64,000 nucleotides of DNA from Candidatus Bipolaricaulis sibiricus (GTDB lineage Bacteria; Bipolaricaulota; Bipolaricaulia; Bipolaricaulales; Bipolaricaulaceae). The DNA is taken from positions 1,106,153-1,170,152 of the forward strand of contig CP034928.1 in assembly GCA_004102645.1 (NCBI GenBank). The letters run 5' to 3'. Numbering within the stretch: the stretch's first letter is position 1; each line of letters begins with the position of its first letter. Both the position numbers and the translations under genes were made by a program. The notes under the pieces were generated by a model. The model was not told the DNA's origin, ran no database searches, and saw nothing but the letters and a program-made list of their open reading frames with translations. This document shows positions 47,978 to 57,709 of this stretch, piece after piece.

Positions 47978-48475
47978 TTACGCGCCGCCCGCGAAGAACG
48001 CGCACAGGGCGATCGCCACCGCGTCGCCAGCGTGGTCGGACCACTTCGCCATCGCCTCGCCATCGCCGGACACGAGGGCCTTCACCATCGCCAGCATCTG
48101 TTCCTTGGGGGCGGAACCGTTCCCGCAGATCCACTTCTTCACCTGGCGCGGGGGGAACGCCCGCAGCTCCCGTCCCCGCGCCAGGAGCTTCACGATCCCG
48201 ATCACCTCTGCCGTCCCCATCGCCGACGGAGCGTTGCGGGCCAGGAACACCTCTTCCACCGCGACCGCATGCGGCTCGTACGTTGCGATCGTCTGGACAA
48301 GGGTGTCGTGGATGTGTCCCAGCCGCTCCGGGAGGACCGTCCCGGGCTGGGTGCGGATCGTCCCGGCGGCGAGCACGGCGAACCGCCGACCGCGCGCCTC
48401 AACGACCGCGTACCCGGTCGAAGAGAGGCCCGGGTCCACACCGAGGACCCTCGTTCTTGTCGGGCCGTGGCTCAT
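47978..48475 (-). CDS. ruvC: Holliday junction resolvase RuvC
   Basis: VLGVDPG, VAVEEVF, VKKWICGNGSAPKEQ and DHAGDAVAIA. Confidence 0.95.
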   Translation of the reverse strand: MSHGPTRTRVLGVDPGLSSTGYAVVEARGRRFAVLAAGTIRTQPGTVLPERLGHIHDTLVQTIATYEPHAVAVEEVFLARNAPSAMGTAEVIGIVKLLARGRELRAFPPRQVKKWICGNGSAPKEQMLAMVKALVSGDGEAMAKWSDHAGDAVAIALCAFFAGGA

Positions 48476-48969
48476 CGCTCGGACGGCGGCTCGTCGAGGA
48501 GCTGGCGCAACACCGCGAGCCGCGGGTCGAGCCGTTTCGTCTGCCCGTGACAGCCCTCGCGGTGCCGCTCGCGGTTCAGGTCGGCCCCGCACTCCGGACA
48601 GATCCCGAGACACCCCGGCGTGCAGAGGGGCTTGGGGGAGAGCCCCAGCCGCAGCCCGGCCTCGATGAACGGGTGCAGCTCGAGAAACCGACCCTCCAAC
48701 TCCGCAGGGTGAACCTCCGGCGTCCCGTCTTCGTGCACGTCCTCCACCAGCTCCACCAGGCATCGAGAGCACGTTCGTCGCACCCGACCGCGCACGGATA
48801 CCCTGAGGATGAACTCGCCCTCTTGGTAGATCGCGCTGGCCTCCACATGCACCGGTCCCAGCACACGCAGGCCCTCCCCTTGCCACTCCAGATCCGGAAG
48901 TTCAACGTCCCGGGTTAGGTTGAACGGGCGGCCCGGCTCCGCTCGCAGCGCTTCGAGATCGAACTTCAT
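48472..48969 (-). CDS. YceD/DUF177 family protein
   Basis: CSRCL, LCTPGCLGICPECG and DPRLAVL. GAGGTG RBS. Confidence 0.93.
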   Translation of the reverse strand: MKFDLEALRAEPGRPFNLTRDVELPDLEWQGEGLRVLGPVHVEASAIYQEGEFILRVSVRGRVRRTCSRCLVELVEDVHEDGTPEVHPAELEGRFLELHPFIEAGLRLGLSPKPLCTPGCLGICPECGADLNRERHREGCHGQTKRLDPRLAVLRQLLDEPPSER

Positions 48970-49062
48970 CGTCACCTCGCTCGGTCCAGCGAAGAGAAGT
49001 ATAGCGCCGTTTGCGCTCCGGACAGGGTGCCTCTACCATTGCCTGGTCAAGGAGGGATACAG

Positions 49063-49509
49063 GTGAAGGTGTTGTTGACCCGTGAGGTGGCCGGATTGGG
49101 GATTCCAGGGGACGTCGTCGAGGTCAAAGACGGCTACGCCCGCAACTACATCCTGCCCCGGAAGCTCGGCGTGGTTCCCACGCCCCACGAACTGGCCCGG
49201 TTCGGGCAGCTCCGTTCCCGCTACGAGGCTGAGCTCGCCGACCGAAACACCCAGGCCCACGCGCTCGCCGAGAAGCTCAACGGGGTGGAGCTCGTGTTCA
49301 CCCGCCGCGTCCACGATCAGGACAAGCTGTACGCCACGGTGCGTCCCCAGGACGTGGCCAAGGAGATCGCCGATCGGTTTGGGGTCAAGATCGATCCGGA
49401 CCGGATTCGCATGTCCACGGTGGAGACCCTGGGCGAGCACCAGGCGGAGATCCTCCTCTACGAGAACATCACCGCGACCGTCAAGCTGACGGTCACGCCG
49501 GCCGCGTAA
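49063..49509 (+). CDS. rplI: 50S ribosomal protein L9
   Basis: MKVLL...GDVVEVKDGYARNYILP and KLYATV. Confidence 0.96.
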   Translation: MKVLLTREVAGLGIPGDVVEVKDGYARNYILPRKLGVVPTPHELARFGQLRSRYEAELADRNTQAHALAEKLNGVELVFTRRVHDQDKLYATVRPQDVAKEIADRFGVKIDPDRIRMSTVETLGEHQAEILLYENITATVKLTVTPAA

Positions 49510-49618
49510 CCCGGCGCTGGGGAACGTTACGAACTCCCCGCGCCCGTCGGACGAACCACCGCCAAGCCCTCCGCCCGGCCCTGCCCTGGCGGCAGGCAGA
49601 GGGTCATTCCTCGGTGAC

Positions 49619-51085
49619 GTGTTCCGGGGGGCGGGCGGGACCGTGCTCTCGCGGGTAGTCGGCCTCCTCCGCGACGCAGCGATTGCCTATGCGTTCGGGG
49701 CATCCGCCGGGTACGACGCGTTCCTTGTGGCATTGTACCTCCCCCAGGCCCTGCGCCAGGTCCTGGGCGAAGGCGGTCTTGCTGCGGCATTCCTGCCCGT
49801 GTACGCCCGAGCACGGGAAGACGGGCAAGGTGACGAGCTGGCCCGCTCGGCGTTCGTCTACCTCCTGTTCGTCCTCCCCCCGATCTGCGCATTGGGTGCC
49901 CTGTTCGCCCCCTTCTACCTGCCCGTGCTGGCTGCCGGGTTCGCCCCGGAGACGATGGCCCAGAGCGTGGCCCTTGCCCGGTGGCTGTTCCCGCTCATCG
50001 GGTTCATCTCCATCGCCGCTCTCGCGGGGGGCATCCTCAACGCCCACGGCCGGTTCTTCCTGCCCGCGCTTGCCCCGGCCGTGCTCAACGTGGGGATGAT
50101 CGTCGGCGCGACCCTATTGGCCCGTCTCGCCCGCCCGCCGATTCTCGGCCTCGCCCTCGGTGCGCTCGTCGGTGGTGCGGGGATGGCGATCCTCCTCCTC
50201 CCCCCGCTCCGCTCCACCCTGCGCGGGCCATGGCGCGTGTGGCCTCCCCACCCCGCGCTCGGCGAGGTGGCGTGGCGGCTCGTCCCGTCCCTCGGTGCGT
50301 TGGTCGTCGCCGAGCTGAACACGCTCGTCGACAACCGGCTCGCTTCCTACCTCGCGCCCGGCTCGATCGCCACCCTTCAGTACGCGATGCGGTTGTTCCA
50401 GCTGCCGTTGGGAATCCTCGCCGTCTCGGTCACCACGGCCGCCCTGCCGCGACTCGCCCAGCTCGTTGCCCAACGTGATGAGATTGGGTTTCGCCGCGCC
50501 CTCAGTCGGGGGTTCCTCACCACCGGGACGCTCATCCTGCCAGCTCTTGCTGGACTCCTCATCCTGGGGACGCCGATCCTCACCGTGCTGTTCGAGCGTG
50601 GGGCGTTCACGGCCACCGACACGGGGCGTGCCTACGCCGCCCTCGCTGGGTACCTGAGCGGGCTGTGGGCGTATGCCCTTGTGTACCTCCTGTCGCGGGC
50701 GTGGTTTGCCCTCGGGCGGCCCCTTCTCCCCGTTCTCGCCGGGGCAGGTGCCCTCGCCGTGAACATCGGCCTCAACCTGTGGTGGGTGCAGATCTGGGGT
50801 ACGTTCGGACTTGCCCTGGCCACGGGTGTGGCAGGCTGGGTGAACGCCGTCCTCCTCGCGGTGCCTCTCTGGCGACGGCACCGGGGCTGGATCTCCGTTC
50901 ACAGCACCGTGCGGCTGTTCGCTGCCGTAGGCGGGATGTGCGGTGGTCTCCTCCTCGTCCGCCCCGCGCTCTCCCCCCTGGGGCCGTGGGTCGAAGTGGC
51001 CGTGGGCGTACCGTTGGGTGTCGTCCTCTACGCAGGTCTTCTGTGGACCCTCGGGATCAGACGGTTCTTGGCGGGCGAACGATGA
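49619..51085 (+). CDS. murJ: Lipid II flippase MurJ (MviN)
   Basis: LSRVVGLLRD, EGGLAAAFLP, RLFQLPLG and LFERGAF. The start is uncertain. Confidence 0.94.
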   Translation: MFRGAGGTVLSRVVGLLRDAAIAYAFGASAGYDAFLVALYLPQALRQVLGEGGLAAAFLPVYARAREDGQGDELARSAFVYLLFVLPPICALGALFAPFYLPVLAAGFAPETMAQSVALARWLFPLIGFISIAALAGGILNAHGRFFLPALAPAVLNVGMIVGATLLARLARPPILGLALGALVGGAGMAILLLPPLRSTLRGPWRVWPPHPALGEVAWRLVPSLGALVVAELNTLVDNRLASYLAPGSIATLQYAMRLFQLPLGILAVSVTTAALPRLAQLVAQRDEIGFRRALSRGFLTTGTLILPALAGLLILGTPILTVLFERGAFTATDTGRAYAALAGYLSGLWAYALVYLLSRAWFALGRPLLPVLAGAGALAVNIGLNLWWVQIWGTFGLALATGVAGWVNAVLLAVPLWRRHRGWISVHSTVRLFAAVGGMCGGLLLVRPALSPLGPWVEVAVGVPLGVVLYAGLLWTLGIRRFLAGER

Positions 51086-51665
51086 GGCCTTCGGGCTGTT
51101 CGGGAGGAGGCGGGAACAGCCCGAGGAGGCCCCGTGCGAACTTGTGGGGATCTGCTTCCGACCGGTACCCTGCCAACCAGGCCGCCAGCGCCTGGGCAGC
51201 CTTTCGCAGCTTCGCTCCGTCCAGCTTTCCCCCGCGCACAAGCTGAACGAGACCGTCCTCGGCCAGCGCACGCCCCAGCGCGGGTGGAGCTGTCGACACG
51301 AGAACCACCGGTGACAACGCCTGATCCAGGTGACGAAGCGCTCCCTCGATCTCGGAATCGACCGCAGGGTCGCGGCGGAGGAGCGTGGCCACTGCTTCGC
51401 CGAGAAGCTCGATGTGGGACCAGATGCTCTCGCCCCCCGCAGCGGCCAGCTCGCGGTACCAGACACCCCATGCCCGTTCGAGCTCCTTCGCCCGTCGTTC
51501 GCGCAGCCGTTCCTCGGCCACGCGGCCGTAGGGGCAATCGGCGGGACAGCGGACGATCTTCCCGCGATGGGATCCGCAACAGGAGCTACACAGCCTGCGG
51601 TCGAGGGCGAGGCAGCGACGGTCTCCCGCTCGCTCCCCGCACACCGCGCACAGCTCGCGCGTCAC
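51057..51665 (-). CDS. Hypothetical protein with an 8-Cys N-terminal metal-binding domain
   Basis: CAVC...RRC...CSSCCGSH...CPADCPY. GTGA-coupled to the upstream gene. Confidence 0.75.
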   Translation of the reverse strand: MTRELCAVCGERAGDRRCLALDRRLCSSCCGSHRGKIVRCPADCPYGRVAEERLRERRAKELERAWGVWYRELAAAGGESIWSHIELLGEAVATLLRRDPAVDSEIEGALRHLDQALSPVVLVSTAPPALGRALAEDGLVQLVRGGKLDGAKLRKAAQALAAWLAGYRSEADPHKFARGLLGLFPPPPEQPEGLIVRPPRTV

Positions 51666-51961
51666 GGGGTGGCGAGCTGACGCCGTGCATCGTCCGACAT
51701 CATCTCCGGGGTCCAGCGAGGTTCCCACACCAGCGTCACGCGCGCCTCGCAACCGACGAACTGCTCCCGCAGAAGACGCTCGACCTGACTGGCCAGGTTG
51801 GACGCGTACGGGCAGGACGGTGCGGTGAGCGTCATCCGGACGTGAATGTGGTTCCCCTCGACCTCGACCCCGTACACCAGCCCGAGGTCCACGACGCTGA
51901 TCCCGAGCTCAGGATCCGTCACCCCCCGGAGAACCGCCTGCACCTCGCCTGCCGTGGGCAC
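51662..51961 (-). CDS. DUF59/SufT/MIP18-like Fe-S assembly protein
   Basis: VTDPELGISVVDLGLVY, MTLTAPSCP and WEPRWTPEMMS. Confidence 0.93.
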   Translation of the reverse strand: MPTAGEVQAVLRGVTDPELGISVVDLGLVYGVEVEGNHIHVRMTLTAPSCPYASNLASQVERLLREQFVGCEARVTLVWEPRWTPEMMSDDARRQLATP

Positions 51962-51965
51962 GGGG

Positions 51966-52442
51966 TTACTTCCGCGTTTTCTTGCGGCCCCGCGTGGGAG
52001 TGGAGCGAGCTGCCGGCGTCCGTTTCTTGGCCGAGGAACGCGATTGGTTTACGACATCGGCAAGCGTGCTGTTGGCTAGAGCCTGGGTGAACTTGGCCTC
52101 GACTCCCTTCCAGAACGGCCCCACAGGGCAATCCTCTCCCGTCACGAACCCGCCGCCGCGCTGCCGGCCGTAGACAAGGTTCGGAGTCTCCGACTCCAGA
52201 GCGTGGATGAGCTGACCGATCTTGATCGCCTTCGGAGCATGGGCAAGTCGGTACCCGCCCGTGCGCCCCTTCTGAGCCGTGACGAGGCCAGCCCGCCGGA
52301 GATCGAGGAGGATTTTGCGCACGAAGGCTTCGGGCACACGATACCCGTCAGCGATGTCCCGCGCCGAGTGGTAGCCGTCCTCGCGGGTCGCAAGCTCGTA
52401 CAGAACACACACTCCGTACCCCAAGCGCTTGCTGGTAATCAT
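51966..52442 (-). CDS. Rrf2-family transcriptional regulator
   Basis: KILLDLRRAGLV...GRTGGYRLA...IGQLIHALE. Confidence 0.93.
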   Translation of the reverse strand: MITSKRLGYGVCVLYELATREDGYHSARDIADGYRVPEAFVRKILLDLRRAGLVTAQKGRTGGYRLAHAPKAIKIGQLIHALESETPNLVYGRQRGGGFVTGEDCPVGPFWKGVEAKFTQALANSTLADVVNQSRSSAKKRTPAARSTPTRGRKKTRK

Positions 52443-52453
52443 AGCGATCTAGT

Positions 52454-53632
52454 TTATACGCTGCGGCCCCGCCGCGCCACAAACTCCTCTGCCCTCACCC
52501 GCGCCCAGTTGTCTGCGGAAAGCACGGTCTGCACGTCGACAGCAGGGTTTGGCGCGTGGGCCGCGACGACCGCTGCGATGCCCTCGGCGATGTCGGTGAA
52601 GGCGATCTTCCCGCTCAGGAACGCCTCCACAAGGACCTCGTCCGCAGCATTGGCTACCGCCGGGGCAGTCCCGCCCCTCTCGCCGGCCTCGACCACGGCC
52701 CGAAACGCTGGGTAGCGCTGGGGAGCGAGTTCCTCGAGAACGAGGTTCATCCCAGCCAGAGGCAGCCGAGGGGCAGGCCGGGGCAGGCGATCGGGATGGG
52801 TGAGCGCAGCCTGGATCGGGATCCGCATGTCCGGATACGCAACCTGGGCGAGAACCGTCCCGTCCACGAGCTCGACCAGCGCGTGCACACAGGCCTGGGG
52901 GTGAATGAGGACCCCTATCTTCGACCATGAAAGCGCGAACAGATGATGGGCCTCGATCACCTCGAATGCCTTGTTGGCGAGCGTTGCCGAGTCGACACTG
53001 ATCCGCCTTCCCATCGACCACACCGGGTGGGCGAGCGCCTCGGCGGGCGTCACCCGACAGAGCTCAGCAGCGGACCGATCTCGAAACGGCCCTCCGGATG
53101 CGGTGATCCAAGCGCGGTCGACGTGGCGCCCGTCCACTCCAGTCAGGAGTTGAAACAGCGCTGCGTGCTCAGAGTCCACCGGAAGGATCTGATCCGGACG
53201 GCGCCGCGCACCCAGGACCAGCTCACCCCCAATGACGAGCGACTCCTTGTTCGCGAGGGCGACCGTCTTGCCGGCCTCCAGCGCCGCCAGGGTAGGCGCC
53301 AGACCCACCGCACCCACCACTGCGTTCAGGACGAGATCCACATCGGGATGCGAAGCGAGGTACGCCAGTCCGTCTGCCCCGTGGACGACCTCCGTCTCCC
53401 GCGGGAGCAGCTTCCGCACGAGGTCGGCCTCGCGCGGCGCCGCCACCGCGACCCGCGGGACCGCGAACTCCCGCGCCACAGCGGCCACGCCGTCCACGTT
53501 CCGACCCGCCGCGAGGGCAGCCACCTCCACCGCACGCCCCGCACGGCGAAGGTCGCGAATCACTGCGAGGGCTTGGGTTCCGATTGAGCCCGTCGCCCCG
53601 AGGATCGCCACCCGGGTCGCGGCCGCCGTCAT
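52454..53632 (-). CDS. dxr: 1-deoxy-D-xylulose-5-phosphate reductoisomerase
   Basis: ILGATGSIG, LANKESLV, PVDSEH, HPVWSMG...DSATLANK and NAADEV. Confidence 0.97.
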   Translation of the reverse strand: MTAAATRVAILGATGSIGTQALAVIRDLRRAGRAVEVAALAAGRNVDGVAAVAREFAVPRVAVAAPREADLVRKLLPRETEVVHGADGLAYLASHPDVDLVLNAVVGAVGLAPTLAALEAGKTVALANKESLVIGGELVLGARRRPDQILPVDSEHAALFQLLTGVDGRHVDRAWITASGGPFRDRSAAELCRVTPAEALAHPVWSMGRRISVDSATLANKAFEVIEAHHLFALSWSKIGVLIHPQACVHALVELVDGTVLAQVAYPDMRIPIQAALTHPDRLPRPAPRLPLAGMNLVLEELAPQRYPAFRAVVEAGERGGTAPAVANAADEVLVEAFLSGKIAFTDIAEGIAAVVAAHAPNPAVDVQTVLSADNWARVRAEEFVARRGRSV

Positions 53633-55473
53633 CCCGTCGGTTGAAGAGCGAGATCGGAGAGGAGCGCGTCGATCTCCTCCCCATCCAGCGACTCGCGGCG
53701 CAGGAGCTCCTGGGCGATCCGGTCGAGCGCAGCCCGGTTGCGGGCAAGGAGGTCCTTCGCCCGGGCGTAGGCCTGGGACAGAATCGCCCGGACTTCCCGA
53801 TCCACCGTTGACGCCAGCTCCTCGGAGTGGTCCTCGCCCCGCACGATCTCCTCGCCGAGGAAGACGTTGACCCGATCGCCCGCCACGTTGACCGGCCCCA
53901 GAGCCTCGGACATCCCCCACTCGACGACCATTCGCTTCGCGATCTCGGTGGCTCGCTTCAGGTCGTCCGAGGCCCCCGTCGTTTGCTCGCCGAACACGAT
54001 CTCGTCGGCCGCCCTTCCGCCGAGGATCATCGCAAGATGATCGAGCAGAAGCTGACGAGACCATAGCCGTCGGTCTTCGGGAAGGGGCTGGGCCAACCCG
54101 AGCGCCCCCGTCCCTCGCGGGACGATCGTGACCTTGTGAATCGGACCCGTTTCGGGGAGGAGCTTCATCATCAGCGCGTGCCCCGCTTCGTGATGGGCGA
54201 TTCGGAGCCGCTCATCATCGCGAATGTACATCCCCTTGCGGGCAAGACCGGTGAGAACGCGGTCCAGCGCTTCCTCGAAGTCCTCGAGCTCAACGCGGTC
54301 CTTGTTCCGCCGCGCGGCGAGGAGCGCCGCCTCGTTGCAGAGGTTCTCGAGATCGGCCCCCACGAACCCCGGAGTTCGCCTCGCGAGGAGCGCGAGATCC
54401 ACGTCGGTCGCCAGCTTCTTCTCGCGGATGTGAATCCTGAGAATCGCCTCTCTTCCGTGCAGGTCAGGAGACGGAACGGCGATCTTCCGATCGAACCGGC
54501 CGGGGCGAAGGAGTGCCAAATCCAGCACGTCGGGTCGGTTCGTGGCTGCAAGCACGATCACGCCGGCGTTCCCTTCGAACCCGTCCATCTCGGAGAGAAG
54601 CTGGTTCAGTGTCTGCTCTCGCTCGTCGTGGCCTCCACCCAGCCCGGCGCCGCGCTTTCGCCCTACCGCGTCGATCTCGTCGATGAACACGATGCAGGGG
54701 GAGCTGGCCTTCGCCTTCTGGAACATGTCTCTCACCCGCGCCGCGCCGACCCCGACGAACATCTCCACGAAGTCGGACCCTGAAATGGAGAAGAACGGCA
54801 CCCCGGCCTCACCGGCGATCGCCCGCGCCAGGAGCGTCTTGCCCGTTCCGGGTGGGCCCACGAGAAGGATCCCCTTCGGGATCTTGGCTCCCAGTCGCAC
54901 GAACCGCCCCGGGTCCCGCAGGTAGTCCACGATCTCCCGGACCTCGTCCAGGACCTCATCGATCCCAGCCACGTCCTTGAACGTGACCTTGGTGAACTCC
55001 TTGGTCACGAGCTTGGCCCGCGACTGACCGAACGTGAACGCGTTCCCGCCCTGCATCCGGCGCATCATGTACATGAGAAGAAGCGGGAACAGGATGAGCA
55101 AGAGCGCGAACGGCAGCAGTGAGACGAGGAACTGGGTGACCCCGCTTGGCGACTGAAACCGGTACACCACACCTCGAGCATCCATCTCTTTCGCCAGCTC
55201 CGCGTAGAGGGGAGACCCCTCGGGAGGGCCCTGAACGACGAAGTTGCGGATCTCCCCTGCCCGCAGCACGCCCTCGATCCGGGAACCCTGGATTACGACC
55301 TCATCCACGTTCCCTGTTTGAAGCTGGACGAGCAGATCCGAGTACGTCAGCTCGACGGTGCGTCGCTGCCCCGGCCAGAACGCCTGCATGACCAACAACC
55401 CGAGCATCACCAGGATGACCAGGAACGTGATGCTGCGCAGCGTGCGGGGCGGCTGAATCGGACGACGGTCCAT
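53629..55473 (-). CDS. ftsH: ATP-dependent zinc metalloprotease FtsH
   Basis: Two TM segments, [14 protein letters not shown], second region of homology RPGRFDR and HEAGH. Confidence 0.98.
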   Translation of the reverse strand: MDRRPIQPPRTLRSITFLVILVMLGLLVMQAFWPGQRRTVELTYSDLLVQLQTGNVDEVVIQGSRIEGVLRAGEIRNFVVQGPPEGSPLYAELAKEMDARGVVYRFQSPSGVTQFLVSLLPFALLLILFPLLLMYMMRRMQGGNAFTFGQSRAKLVTKEFTKVTFKDVAGIDEVLDEVREIVDYLRDPGRFVRLGAKIPKGILLVGPPGTGKTLLARAIAGEAGVPFFSISGSDFVEMFVGVGAARVRDMFQKAKASSPCIVFIDEIDAVGRKRGAGLGGGHDEREQTLNQLLSEMDGFEGNAGVIVLAATNRPDVLDLALLRPGRFDRKIAVPSPDLHGREAILRIHIREKKLATDVDLALLARRTPGFVGADLENLCNEAALLAARRNKDRVELEDFEEALDRVLTGLARKGMYIRDDERLRIAHHEAGHALMMKLLPETGPIHKVTIVPRGTGALGLAQPLPEDRRLWSRQLLLDHLAMILGGRAADEIVFGEQTTGASDDLKRATEIAKRMVVEWGMSEALGPVNVAGDRVNVFLGEEIVRGEDHSEELASTVDREVRAILSQAYARAKDLLARNRAALDRIAQELLRRESLDGEEIDALLSDLALQPTG

Positions 55474-55552
55474 ACCCATGCATTGTAGCCCCCCCATCCT
55501 GTGGATCAACGATCCTGGCTCGATCGAGACTCGGTGGCTACAATGAGTCGCT

Positions 55553-57709
55553 GTGGCCGGGCTTCTGCGATTTCTCGTCGTTGTACTCTGTCTGTTCTCC
55601 GCCGCCGCTGTGGCTGCGCCAGAGAAACTCGACCCATTTCTGCGTCTGCTGCTCGCGGCGCACGACGGGGAAGGCCCCGTCTCCCTTTTCACCCCGGAGG
55701 CCCTGCCGAATCTGATCGCGTTGGGGGAAGCTCCTCACGCTCCGCTCGACGCGTGGCGGGCAGGCGTTCCCATCCAGGTATTCGTCCTGACGGCAGACCC
55801 CGGCGCCGCACGGGCACTTCCCCTGTTCCGGCCCCACCAGGTACTGGGCCGGCTCGCAACTGGTGAAGTGGCTCTCGCAGATCTCACGGCGCTCGCTGCC
55901 GACCCGCAGGTAGTGTACGTCGAGGCCAGTCGACCGGTGTACCCGACGCTCGATCGCTCCGTGCCCGAGACGGGGGCGCCCGCTCTGTGGTACGCAACAC
56001 CCGGTGCGACCGGTCGGGGGGTGCTCGTCGGCATCGTGGACTCGGGCATCGACATTCTCCACCGCGACTTCCGTGTGGACCGAGACGGCGATGGGATCGA
56101 AGAGGGGACGCGGATCTTCTACCTGTGGGATCAGACAGGGGTCGGAGCCACGGGGTTCCCGTACTGGTGGGGGGACGTGCTCGCCGAGACCTACTATGGA
56201 CGAGCATTCTCCCGCGATGAACTCGAGCGGGCGATCGCTAGCGGGTTCGCCCCCACCCTCGACACCCACGGCCACGGCACCCACGTCGCTGGCATCGCGG
56301 CGGGCGATGGCTCGGCTTCGCCCTTAGGGCTGCGAGGAGTTGCACCCGAGGCTGAGCTCGTGGTGGTGAAGACCACGTTCTATCAGAACACGGTGGTGGA
56401 TGGGGTGAGGTTTGTGTTCGAAGCCGCGCAGGCCCGTGGAATGCCCGCCGTGGTGAACCTGTCGCTCGGCAGCCACAGCGGCCCGCACGACGGCACCTCG
56501 TTGTTCGAGCAGATGCTCGACGCCATGCTCGATCGGCCTGGCAGGGCAATCGTAGTTGCCGCTGGGAACGAAGGGGACCGACGGATCCACGTTGCCGGAG
56601 ACGTGCGAGCTCCCACCACGTGGCACCTCGAAGTAGAGAAGAGCACTGTGTCTGTTCAGCTTTGGCACATGGGAACAGCTAGCTTCTCCCTGGAAGTCCG
56701 GACCCCAGGCGGTGAGTCCGTGAGCGTCCTTCCGTCGAGCCAGCGTTGGACATCCACCGCCTCCGGCGGAGTGTGGCTCGACAACACGTCCCTCCCCGAC
56801 CCTCGCAACTTGGGCCGCTACATCTACATCGCTCTGAGTGAGGTCACTCCGGGGACAACGTGGGCCCTCACGCTCACCCCGGTCATCGGCGGGGGCCGCG
56901 TGGACGGGTGGGTGGAGAACCCCTCGGCGGGTCAGTTCAGAGAAGGCGACTCGGACTACACGATCAGCGAGCCGGGGAACGCCCAACGCGTGATCACGGT
57001 CGGTGCCTACGTCACGAAGAACCGCTGGACCGCGGTCACGGGGGAGCAGACGGGGGATGGAATCGTAGGAGCGCTCGCGTCGTTCTCCTCGCGCGGGCCA
57101 ACGCGAGACGGTCGTCTCAAACCCGATCTTGCGGCACCAGGAGCGTGGATCGCGTCGGCCCGCTCTGTCAGCGCTTCACCTGGGGGGTGGCTCACCCTCC
57201 CCGGGGGTGAGTACTCGATGCTGCTTGGGACGAGCATGGCCGCGCCCCACGTGGCGGGAGCCGTGGCCCTGCTGTTCTCTCGTCGGCCCAACCTCACCTG
57301 GTCCGAGGTCAAGGATGCCCTTGTTGCTGGAGCAAGGGCTGACTCCCACGTTGGGATGGCACCAAACCGCTCCTGGGGCGCAGGGAAGCTCGATATCGCC
57401 CGCAGCGCGGCAGCCATCGGGGGCACTGCGCCAGCGGGAAGACCCTCCCTCCAGATCACAGCCAACCCCGTGTCCCGTGAGGCGGTGTTCGCTTACCGAT
57501 GCCCTCCGGAGACCCTGTGGGCAAGCCTCCACGTCTACGACCTTGCCGGACGATTGCTCTTCACCCAGCTGCTGGCCCTCCCCTCGGGCGAGGCGCGGTG
57601 GCCTCTGTCCACCGCCTCGGGGGAGCGAGTTGCGAGCGGGCTCTACCTCGCCGTGGTCGTAACAGATCGAGCGCGTTCTGAGACTGTCCGGGTGGTGGTC
57701 CAGCGATGA
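55553..57709 (+). CDS. Secreted S8 subtilase with a T9SS type-A-like C-terminal domain
   Basis: Signal peptide; catalytic triad VDSGID, HGTHVAGIA, GTSMAAPHVAG; C-terminus NPVS...VYDLAGR...ASGLY...RVVVQR. Confidence 0.92.
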   Translation: MAGLLRFLVVVLCLFSAAAVAAPEKLDPFLRLLLAAHDGEGPVSLFTPEALPNLIALGEAPHAPLDAWRAGVPIQVFVLTADPGAARALPLFRPHQVLGRLATGEVALADLTALAADPQVVYVEASRPVYPTLDRSVPETGAPALWYATPGATGRGVLVGIVDSGIDILHRDFRVDRDGDGIEEGTRIFYLWDQTGVGATGFPYWWGDVLAETYYGRAFSRDELERAIASGFAPTLDTHGHGTHVAGIAAGDGSASPLGLRGVAPEAELVVVKTTFYQNTVVDGVRFVFEAAQARGMPAVVNLSLGSHSGPHDGTSLFEQMLDAMLDRPGRAIVVAAGNEGDRRIHVAGDVRAPTTWHLEVEKSTVSVQLWHMGTASFSLEVRTPGGESVSVLPSSQRWTSTASGGVWLDNTSLPDPRNLGRYIYIALSEVTPGTTWALTLTPVIGGGRVDGWVENPSAGQFREGDSDYTISEPGNAQRVITVGAYVTKNRWTAVTGEQTGDGIVGALASFSSRGPTRDGRLKPDLAAPGAWIASARSVSASPGGWLTLPGGEYSMLLGTSMAAPHVAGAVALLFSRRPNLTWSEVKDALVAGARADSHVGMAPNRSWGAGKLDIARSAAAIGGTAPAGRPSLQITANPVSREAVFAYRCPPETLWASLHVYDLAGRLLFTQLLALPSGEARWPLSTASGERVASGLYLAVVVTDRARSETVRVVVQR

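Noticed and set aside
51966-52442. Calling the Rrf2 protein IscR or NsrR
   Set aside because: The three-Cys cluster-binding motif is missing.
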